DNA from: Epithemia pelagica | Lineage: Eukaryota > Protista > Bacillariophyta | Reading direction: 5' to 3' | Length of the DNA: 64,000 nucleotides | Assembly (NCBI GenBank): GCA_946965045.2 | Contig: OX337231.1 | Span: forward strand, 2,232,001-2,296,000 | In this document: positions 54,626 through 64,000 of the stretch, in pieces | Numbering within the stretch: the first letter of the stretch is position 1 | Layout of the letters: the number at the start of each line of letters is the position of its first letter | The notes under the pieces: model-generated | What the model was told of the DNA's origin: nothing | Seen by the model: only the letters and a program-made list of their open reading frames with translations | Databases searched by the model: none | Translations under genes and position numbers: made by a program

Positions 54626-57600
54626 CTAGTCAAGATCGCCAGCGATATCGATGTCGGTATTTTGGTCTTCCTCCAGAGGACCATCCAACTTTTTCTCCTC
54701 TTCAGTGATTGAATAAGTGCCCATAATCTCAGGATTGCCGAATTCACTGGCTGATTCACCAGCGACCGAGGCCCCGCTGCTTTTGTTGTTCTTCATACGT
54801 GCCTTTGCCATTTGAAGAATAAGAGCTCTTCTTGACGACCTTTCAGGAGCCCCAGAATTTTCCGTCCAACCACTAGAGGTTCCTGAAACTACCGAGGTCA
54901 CTTCCGAACCGGATTCCCATGTTCCACCACTCACTTCTGATTGAGGTGAGATTACTTCTTTTGCCGACTGTCCGGACTTGGGACCGTTTTCTGAAGTGTC
55001 TTGACTCCTTCTAGCCGCCAATTCCAATCGTCTTTGTCTGTTTCGCTTTAACAACTCTCTCGCACTTCGCATCGCCGAAGATGTATGTGAATACTCGCTT
55101 TGTTGGTTCCCCTGACTTACGGGTGAAATTTGGTCGTTTCCAGGATCTTCGGTTGGATCTGCAGAATAGTCGAATTTCAGTGGGGAAAGAGAATCCTCCT
55201 GAGGACTTGATGGATCGTCTGGGCCTTCAGTCGTCTCTTCTTTACTCTCAGCATAATAGCCGCCATGCTTGTCCTCTGAATACTGCAAACTTGGTTGATG
55301 AAAGTCATCAGAGTCCTCGGTTTTGTCTGGGGGGACATTGTAGTATGCTTCTTCGTCTGGTTTGTCTTGGTAGTACTGCGGTGAAGGAGCTTCTTCCTCG
55401 TGGTACTGCTGTGCATGTTGTTCGTCCTCATGATACTCAGTTCCGTGTTGATTCATGTTATCATATTGATCTTCCCCGGAATGATGCCCGTTCAAACCAT
55501 CATTCTGGAAATCCATTCCCGGTTGGTCACCGTTGGAGAAACCATTATCCACTTGGTGCATATCTGGGGATTCTTGATACTGCATTCTTTCTCTTTCGAC
55601 CGAGGGATACCGCTGTTCAGCCTGTATATTAGGTTGATCTGTTGGATACCGATGTCTGTCCGCGACAGGATATGCATGAGAGTCATGGTTGTATTCTTCT
55701 CCGGGGCGTGAAGACGCAACAGAGTTTTCTTTGGGATAGGGGGCTATCTGCTCCTGTTGTTCACCGTAACCACAACCGTTCTGGTGCTGCATCCCTTGCG
55801 AAAACTGGGGTTGCTGCCCTGCGTAGTAAGGTGTTTCCTCCACAGATTCTCCTCGTTTGCGGAGACTGGGAGGCTCGTCGTCTGGTGGGTCCATTCCAGC
55901 GGGTCTGCCCATGGGACGAGGAGGGGATTCTGCCGCTTCATCCATCGGTAACATTTGATCATCCTGCTGCGCGTAGTGGGGCTGCTGGACTGGCATACCA
56001 TCTGTCATTGGATTTTGTTGCACCGGTAAATGTTGGTATTGCATCATGCCCATCTGATGCTGTTGATATATATCATTGTTCAAATGTTGCGGCATTCCTT
56101 GCATCTGCTGTAGCATAGGTGGCTGCATTTGCATATCTTGAGTGTGCAAATGATGGCCCATCATTGGTTGTTCCATGTGATGAACCCCGCCATCCATAGA
56201 ATGCTGGGGAATATGCATGTTATGTTGCTGTACTGCGATGGCTGGAGAAGGCGGACCATTCATCATACCTGATCCATGCATTGCAATTTCGTATTCTTGA
56301 GCTCGTTGCAGTGCGGTTTCTCGGGCCTCCAAGAAGTGAGGCGGCAGTACTTTGGTCCAAGCTGTTGGCTGTAAAATGTATTGCGGTCTGACAAACAAAA
56401 TAGGCATTGTTGTTAGGATATCAAGCGACAAGGATTGCAAGAAACTAAAGAGTGATACTCACAAAGCACGGCATGGTCCAAGATGATAAAGCCGGAGATC
56501 ATCGAAATCTCTTTCTGTTAAGTCATAAACAGATTCGACTTCTTCAACTGCCATCACACTTTTCAGCCCAGGTTCTCCATCTGGTGTGGCATCCAGTTTG
56601 TAAAGCTCCGCTGGTGTCAAGGAAGGCGACAGAAAGGCAAGCATGTAGATTGGATTGCCATCAAAATCAGCCTGATAATAAACATCCTCATCAGTGTTTA
56701 TTGGCCCTCCCGAAAAGAAGCAAAATTTATCAACCAAAGTCCATTGATCGGGGTCTTCGATAAGAACCCTCGGTGCAGCATCACAAGCACTTGGAAAGTC
56801 AGTTTCAAGAAGAACAAGTGTGTCTCTGGTCAGCGGTTCGACATCAATTGGTCGAACCATACCAACAGCAGCGGCCAGCAAGAAATAATAACCTCCGGTA
56901 GGATGCAGCCGTTGCTTCGAGTCTATGAACGAAGAATGATGCGTTAGTCAAAAGAGGAAACACACAACGGAAACAAACATTCAGAACACTCACGAAAGAA
57001 CGGAATCCCATCGGGAATGGGCTTGATGGAAAAATGACAGTACTTTGAAATTCTTCTCCAGCCCGAACTTAGCAGCAACTCATCCGGAAGGCGGCTGAAT
57101 TGATTAGGATACGTTTGTTCCACGCGGCGAAGATCTTCATCACAAATGGTGGGGCATCCTTTGAGTTTCATAGCTTGCGCCAGCATCAAGACAACATTTC
57201 CAGTCAATGTTAGACCCTCATAATGCTGCGTCGATGAACCAATCCCAGCTTTTGTGAAGTAGCAACGTTTTGCAAAACTGCTGGCAAGAGGTTTAGGGAG
57301 AGCCCCGCTACCTGTAGCCTTTCCAATGTCTTCTGTGGCAACACTGACACCTGCCGATTTTTCACTTGTCCCTCCAGCTCGACTGAAGGAATCCTCGCTC
57401 TCAAAACTTGTTGAACCTGGTTTCTTCTTCCCACCCCTCCCCCTCTGGTCCTGATGTTCGTTATCAGACTCCAAATAGGAGGCAGTGTCACCACTTACAG
57501 AGGGCTCATCACGGCGCCGTTCTCTCCCTCTGCCCCTTTTGCTGTTGTAGTCTGTTGTGGTTGTTGTTTCATCCTCGGAATACGTTCGATCATCGTCGTC

Positions 57601-57885
57601 ATCCTCAGAGCCATAGTCTTCGGAATAGAAAGAAGCCGACCTCCCTCGACGAGAAACATCACGGTCATCCATGTAAGCACCGCATACACTGTCTAGAAAA
57701 TGTGCTGCGGGGTGATCTTGTTCTTCCAATTGTTTAATTTGTGTTTGGATGTTCGCCTGGAGATTTTGGACAGACTCTCCCACAACCTGTTTGGCTCGGG
57801 AGGCAACATCATGGCGACCATCTTTGTTCCGTCTCTTCGAACTACGCTTCCGGTCTGAACTCGATGAACTTTCTGTGTTTCCCAT
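54626..57885 (-). CDS. Uncharacterised protein (~1037 aa, 3 exons) with three copies of an ~80-aa CxF(S/T)-containing repeat and Q/acidic disordered tails
   Basis: Exons 57885-56994, 56922-56463, 56387-54626, with GTGAG...AG introns, in frame. Confidence 0.82.
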
Positions 57886-58831
57886 TGTGCTCGGATTGTA
57901 GATTGTGTAACTTGATTGGTCGAGTATCACCAAGCCCTCTCCAATGAGGCAAGAATGACAAATACTAACAAAAGTATGCAATAGCAAATGTATGGGAGAA
58001 CCCTAATGCTCTGGGCCTGCCAACTTTTGTTTGGGAGTCTTTCGTTGGGCAACCGTGGAACAGGATGGAGGTGTCCACGATTTTAATCTGGACCCTACCC
58101 AACTGAGGTTTGCTCTGAACCAAGGACAACGACAAAGAGAAATTAAATACAGGACGATGAGCCCCGAATCTCTCCAACAATAGTCCTTGAAAGACAGAGA
58201 AGAGCGCTCGTCGTCTTGTTGTCTTTGCTTAGACGGGGACTGTTCGTTGGTCAGCACCGGAACATAGCCTGCCTTGGTTCGCAGGCCGGGCTTGTGTAAA
58301 ATTCATCGGGCGTGGTGCCAAAGCCCCTCCTGCTTTCCACTTGTTGAATGAGGCACGACAAAACGAGTGCGCGTCGGGGGAGCCTCACAAAAACATTTTG
58401 GTTCTTGTGAACACATAATTGAAATGCGTCCAGCGCCGCCTCATTGGATGCTAACTATTTCTGAATGCACGCGTGGGGACTAGATTTTGGGGAACGTTCT
58501 CATATTTTCGTTTGGACTTATCTCTCTTGTGCCAAAGCAAGACAGCCAAGTACGTGACCGTAATCCATGAGAATAACAATAGCAGCACTTGTCTTTTCTC
58601 AAGTATATTGGATCCAAGACTATCCGTATTGATCTTGTATTCGATGAGCCTACCTACGTATCTACGAGATGAAACAGTGACACAAGATATGTAGAAGTAA
58701 AGGGTATACAATAGGTCAATGATTAGCAGGATTTCTCCACCTATAGATCAACTGCTTCCCTGGCGCCGCTGTTCCGGTATTCCAAACAATATAGGGACTA
58801 CATGTATGAAAAGAATATATATGTGTTCTTG

Positions 58832-60772
58832 CTACACCTCGGGCGCCACTCGTATCCAGGCATTTCTTCGAAAAACACGGTCATCCAATTTGCTACATTG
58901 CTGTGCATAGTGCTTTCGAAGATATCGAAATACCTTTAGGTTTGGCAGCTGAAGAATCTCTGCACTGATATCTCCATTCACAGCCTCCATCACATCATGA
59001 CTTAGTACAATCTCTTCTCCATACACTTGGTCCGCCAGTTCATCCAACACCTTGTAGTGCATCTCACCCTCCGCAATGGGTAGCCCTGAAAAGAAGCAAA
59101 ATTTAACGTAGAGACGCCATCGAGTGTGGTCTCGTACCTGCAACGGCAAGGTTTCAAATTGCTCCGGGAACAATGCGGCCATGTTCTCCAACAACTGTTC
59201 ATCCGCTTCGGGTAGAACGCGTAACAAAAGATCCCGGTCCAACCCCCAGTTTGGATCGAGATCTCCGTCAATGCTTAATGACAAATCGTCCAGGGAACTC
59301 ATTCTGGATTTACTGGCAATGGAATTTGCGCCATCGTTGGTAAGACTCGTGCTGTTTGGGATAAGCCCTCTCAGACCTCGACGATTAGGTCTCTTGTCCG
59401 CGGATCTGCTGGCCATGGACCTACTGTTCACGGATCGTGTCGCTCGAGAATTGTCTCGAAGAATGCCGCCAGGACCGGCGCTGTCCGTTCCAGAGCTTCG
59501 AGAATTGCGACGTGATGGAGTCGCATTGGCATTGTGTTGTAATATACTTTCTCGATCGGGAAGATTCAACGCAGAGGGCAAACAAAAGACAACAAGGGTT
59601 CTGAGCCCTTGTTGGACAGCCCCAGCGTAAAACGGAGCACCTCCTAAGATCAGTTTGCCAGAGAAGTAACATCTTCGGTTGCCCCCACGCCCCGACTGGC
59701 GATGATTCTTCCCGACAGCGTAGTAAGCCATCCTTCTGTTATCTGGGATATTGGCCAACGACTCACCACCTCCGTACGATGATCGCATGGTGAGTTCTGA
59801 TATGCTCCGTTCAAGTTCATACTTATCCTCCGCCCGAACCTCCAAGAGTTCGAGAGGAGCCTTTTTGACTGGTTTTTGTCGCGATGACGATGAAGGAGAC
59901 GGTTCAATAACCTTAACTTCATTCCCACTATTGACTTCAATATTTTCATGAGCGGCGGTTCCAACTGTAGCTGGCGAACACCGTCTTGTTCCCGGAGTTT
60001 GGGATGAGAAGATATTTTTGCGATCTCTTACACCGCCACGGACAGTTCCAGCCATTCCATTTCGACCAAGGCCATTTCGTTGCTTGTCACCGCTAACAAA
60101 ACTACTCTTGCTGTCTTGATTTGGATGTGCCAGACTGCTGGTGGTCGCTGTACCCAGTGGTGACCGTCTCATTGCGCCTGTATCTCCGCCTGGGAATCCC
60201 GAATTATACCTGGACTCCGGGAAAGCATCTATTTGGTCCGATGGCTGGGTTGCATCAGGGTACTGGCAAGACGAGCTTGTACAAGCATCGTCAAAAAATG
60301 AAGCAAATCTCTTTTGGATCATTTGTTTTCCTTCCTCAAGTGTTTGCAACGACGGTGGGGAAAAGTGACCCGAGTACTTCTGCCACATGTCCTGGAAGGG
60401 CGAGTACGAGCGCGGTGCCAGGACACATTCCGATCCAGCGTCTCCCTGATTTGGGTTGGTGTTTGTGGAACCATCTCTCGAACTCCCATCCTTTGGTGTG
60501 GAGTAGTGATAGTTATAGTCCCTCGAAGTTGTCATCATCTTCTTTTGAGGTGTCGAAACAGCCATTCCGCCATTTGGGACCTCTTCTTCATGATCCTCCA
60601 AGACGAACGATCGTTCCTGTGGATTGGCCATGCCGCTGTAATTTGGTGAATCGAAGCCTCTTCTCCTTCCAGCCCTCTCCGGACCTGTATTAGAATTGGA
60701 TCCACAAGCATCTGAAAAGGATGAAACGGCCGCCATAATGGCCTTGGATGGAGACCAGCCTTGAGATGTCAC
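58832..60772 (-). CDS. Uncharacterised protein (646 aa) with two copies of the same repeat
   Basis: Intronless ORF; disordered N-terminal half, then RCYFSGKLI...W and FCFFSGLPI...W units. Confidence 0.8.
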   Translation of the reverse strand: MTSQGWSPSKAIMAAVSSFSDACGSNSNTGPERAGRRRGFDSPNYSGMANPQERSFVLEDHEEEVPNGGMAVSTPQKKMMTTSRDYNYHYSTPKDGSSRDGSTNTNPNQGDAGSECVLAPRSYSPFQDMWQKYSGHFSPPSLQTLEEGKQMIQKRFASFFDDACTSSSCQYPDATQPSDQIDAFPESRYNSGFPGGDTGAMRRSPLGTATTSSLAHPNQDSKSSFVSGDKQRNGLGRNGMAGTVRGGVRDRKNIFSSQTPGTRRCSPATVGTAAHENIEVNSGNEVKVIEPSPSSSSRQKPVKKAPLELLEVRAEDKYELERSISELTMRSSYGGGESLANIPDNRRMAYYAVGKNHRQSGRGGNRRCYFSGKLILGGAPFYAGAVQQGLRTLVVFCLPSALNLPDRESILQHNANATPSRRNSRSSGTDSAGPGGILRDNSRATRSVNSRSMASRSADKRPNRRGLRGLIPNSTSLTNDGANSIASKSRMSSLDDLSLSIDGDLDPNWGLDRDLLLRVLPEADEQLLENMAALFPEQFETLPLQVRDHTRWRLYVKFCFFSGLPIAEGEMHYKVLDELADQVYGEEIVLSHDVMEAVNGDISAEILQLPNLKVFRYLRKHYAQQCSKLDDRVFRRNAWIRVAPEV

Positions 60773-63373
60773 TTTGGCAAGTCAACTACGAAATACAAGA
60801 CCAATTTTGGGCGACCAATCGCCTAACTGCAATCAACACCTCCAACAATGAGACGCCTTCGTTGTTTTCCAAAAGAGAACTTGTTATCTAGCGCAGTAGC
60901 TCTAGAACACCACGCTTGAAACAAGATGAGCGGTCTAAGCTGAAAGACTGGCAAGACCCAGAATGGAACTGCAATTTTCTCACACGCTCCTGCAACTTTT
61001 TAGTGCAATGAGCTCCAACCAAATTTCCAAGGCATGAGCAAAGAGAGGCGGCTTCGTTCCTGACACACTGCCGCTGTTTTCAACTCAAGAATGGAGGCGA
61101 AGAAGGATCGATATGCGGTAGTTGGATGGTAGTGTGAGGTGGAGGGAGATGAGTTCTGTCAATTGTCAAGTGGTGTTGTGCTGCTTTGCGCGTCCTCTCT
61201 CACAAAAGCGGAGAGGTGGAGCCGGAATGGTGAGCTGGGACGATGCGAAAAATCATAATGTGGCAGCTAATGTCTCCGGCTTGGCCTCGGAAACGCATGC
61301 CATTCCACGGGGCAATACAAAGAGATGGACGGAGAATGCCAAAAATTCGATACTTAAGAAGTCTCGGAAGCTTTCTCACGGGCAGGCGCTCTATGTCCAA
61401 GTATGCCGTCCTGATAGGACATGTTGCATGTTGCACATAGACCTGTTTTTGTTGACTACGGACTCATGCCCGACAATTCCGTTGTGCGCTCCACTTTTTT
61501 CTTGGGCCCAATCCGACGCAACTTATGCCCCTTGGATGAGGAATTGAGATTCTGTGTGTGAGAGCGTGCGCAGTGCGCAAACTCCATCCGCCCGCCCGCG
61601 GGACAATTTTGGTGCCCCACCCAGCAGGGGGGGACAATCGATGCGATCCAACATCGGCAAATCGGCAACCAGCTAAGGTAGCCTGCTCACTGGAGACTGA
61701 AGGAGATGAAAAGATGAACGCGAGATGGTATCCCTGGTTGCGTTTGTCTCATCTGCCCATTTTCTCAAACCCATTTCCTAAGGATATCTTTGGTGGTAGG
61801 TTGCTCAACTTGTAGAGAATGCGTGAGAGCGCGCCAAAGCCAACGACCGATCGGAGAAAAGTCAGTAGACTTGTGGTTTATTTTAGATCCAGATCGGAGC
61901 TCCAGCTGCAGACTACAGAAACAGCATACGGTCCCAAATTAAAACAGGGATGTTGGATGTCGAAAAGCATGACTTTGAGCAAGTGTTTCTTCGAAAGAAA
62001 TCGAGGTTGAGAGTTGAGATAAGTAATAACTACCGATGCGCTTCCTTTGAGCAGTCGCAAGTCGCAACTCGCGACATGATTCATCACCAAGATCAAAGCA
62101 TTCCAAGCTTGACAGAGAAGTCTTCGGTGAGAGACAAGGACAAGGATGACCTTCTGATCTACTCATGCCATTATCGTTCTTCTCCTCTAGTAGTCCTAGC
62201 TGTGGATAGGCTATTGACGTTGAGTCAAGAGTTTTGCTGTCTCGTATTTGCCGCAACATCGACTCCTTTCCCACCTTGCACGACTTGATGGATACATGCG
62301 TTCAACCAAGACTTCTATGTCCAGGATTGTCAGCGGTTGAGACTTTTCATAAATCCTTTGGCGAAGAGACATTGCCCTGGGCGTTGAACGGTCGATCTGG
62401 TGATCGCCTCAATCCCCCAACAACCCCAGTTGCTGTTCATTTTCAGATTTGCAAATTTCCTATTCAAATGGTCAAAGTCGTGACAAGATTTTCAGGTAGC
62501 AGCAAGAGGTGCACGCGCCAGGAGTTGTAGGAAGGACATTTTTACCCGGAACCCAACAGTCGAATAATTACGACTCTTGGATAACCTAAATTGGTGTCTT
62601 TCCTAAACAGAGCTCGCTCGCGCGCCTTGTAATTAGGCTTGGTCAGTTGAGTTGTGTCTTGCATAGTTTCAAACGACCTGAATTTTGATCCCAATGCTCA
62701 CAAAATAAGAGTACTAAAATTCGTATAGTGATTCTCATGCGACCATGTTTTAAGACTTGTCTCCCAGCGCGCCGCGAAATATTCTTCCACAGCTCGGATG
62801 GTTCAGACCCGTGTATCTGACGGACTAGAAAAATGAATGCTCTCACGAACCTACATTTCGCGCGAGCGGAGGGGCGCGCTCTACGGGGACAGTGAGTCTT
62901 TTAGTATCGGTCGTTACCCAACTCTTGCTCGCGCAAAAAACATAGGGTCATCCACGTGAAAAATGCAAAACTCCAACCAAGCCATGCCAGGCATGCTCGA
63001 TTGGTTGCCAAGGTAAAAGACCCCGCGCGGAAACATCGCATTTACAAAGACTTGCCACCCTTTGAACTGTGCGATTCCCGTCAAAAATAATCGAACGACC
63101 TGAGTTAGAGTCAAGGATTCATTTCTATTGTGTTTGCTTCTTGTTTCAAACGGACAGAACGGCGGCTGTTCGAGAATAAGCGTCGAAGAAGCGTCACATC
63201 AAATCGTCGATCAGTGGAAAGCTGCTTTTTTTGGTTTTCGTGGAACTCGTCGCTGCCTTTATTGGGCTTGGAGCTTGTTTCCTGAGATTGTCGCTGCGAT
63301 TGCCAATTCGCACCGGCGAAACTAGAATCGTATCCATTTCTCCAAACTACTCAGCTCTGATTTTTTGTGAACC

Positions 63374-64000
63374 ATGAAGCGGTCACATAGCATTGTGTAT
63401 CTCGGAATCGGCTGTCTTGGTGCGCTCGCCTTCACTCAGTCAACGTCAGTCTCACCGGGTTTAATCAATCCCCGCGAATGCTGGGACGTGATGATAAAGG
63501 CTGACACCCCACCCGACGGCAACGGCGACTTTTGCTTGAACGAAGAGGAATTTTTCAGTTTCACGAAAGACTACGATCCTTGGAATACTTATCAAAATGT
63601 ACTCACTGTCAGTGACGCCCCTCAGGCTTGGAAGACCGCTTGGGCAGACCTGATAACCGTTTGCACGCAAGACGTGAACTTGAGAACCTGTGGAGCTGAA
63701 AATGTTGATGCCGAAGGTAATGGATGTATCCCGGTTCGTACGGAGAGACCTCCGGTTGAGATCTCCAATCCTACAGAGTTACATGTGTTTTATGTGTGCT
63801 ACATAACGAGAGAAACCCTGCTCTTCTCGTTAAATTCGGCTGCACCAACACACGCGCCTACGGTCTCAAGTCCACCTTCTACTAATCCTTCATCCTCACC
63901 ATCGGATGAACCAACGGCCTCACCATCTCAATCACCAACAGTCTCAACGGCGCCATCCTTGGCACCGTCTACTTCTCCATCTTCGGTGCCGTCTTCAGTA
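63374..64000 (+). CDS. Partial secreted protein with EF-hand-like loop and Pro/Ser/Thr-rich stalk (runs off the right edge; absent from the ORF track)
   Basis: Translated by hand, 209 codons with no stop: MKRSHSIVYLGIGCLGALAFTQS signal-like start, DGNGDFCLNEEEF loop, several Cys, then APTHAPT...PSDEPTASPSQSPT repeats. Confidence 0.78.
   Translation, partial: MKRSHSIVYLGIGCLGALAFTQSTSVSPGLINPRECWDVMIKADTPPDGNGDFCLNEEEFFSFTKDYDPWNTYQNVLTVSDAPQAWKTAWADLITVCTQDVNLRTCGAENVDAEGNGCIPVRTERPPVEISNPTELHVFYVCYITRETLLFSLNSAAPTHAPTVSSPPSTNPSSSPSDEPTASPSQSPTVSTAPSLAPSTSPSSVPSSV

Noticed and set aside
60800-63370. Short ORFs and E2F-like TTTCGCGC motifs in the 2.6-kb intergenic region
   Set aside because: No motifs, splice-consistent model or repeat structure found; such short motifs occur by chance.

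Overview
Eukaryotic nuclear DNA, most likely from a pennate diatom. This is inferred from the short GT-AG introns, the nucleotidyl cyclase/phosphodiesterase gene type, the G8/CBM protein and N-termini resembling bipartite plastid-targeting signals. About 20 protein-coding genes are supported: a PDZ-like protein, two tandem paralogs of unknown function, a membrane class III cyclase followed by a decayed PDE domain, a NASP-like protein, a 1870-aa G8/PbH1/CBM4-9-like protein, an MDR oxidoreductase with an in-frame TGA, an ABHD14-like hydrolase, an SLC25 carrier, a GMC oxidoreductase with a frameshift, a Popeye/cNMP-like protein, a CK1/TTBK kinase, a P450, Vac14, an LYR protein, SNF1/AMPK-alpha, two adjacent genes sharing an unrecognised ~80-aa repeat, and a secreted EF-hand/PTS protein running off the right edge. 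Mobile DNA: a very young full-length Ty3/Gypsy element (8516-14214; 204-bp LTRs with 1 mismatch; ATTGG target-site duplication), a probable second LTR element cut by the left edge, and a 511-bp PIF/Harbinger-type MITE (TAA duplication). The MITE sits in one copy of an unexplained ~450-bp direct repeat that brackets the GMC gene. The most interesting leads are the shared repeat domain at 54.6-60.8 kb, the repeat-bracketed intronless GMC gene, and the cyclase that is losing its PDE domain. All three frameshifts in the window are short deletions at or next to homopolymer-prone sites, so assembly error has to be excluded. No rRNA, tRNA or CRISPR array was recognised.
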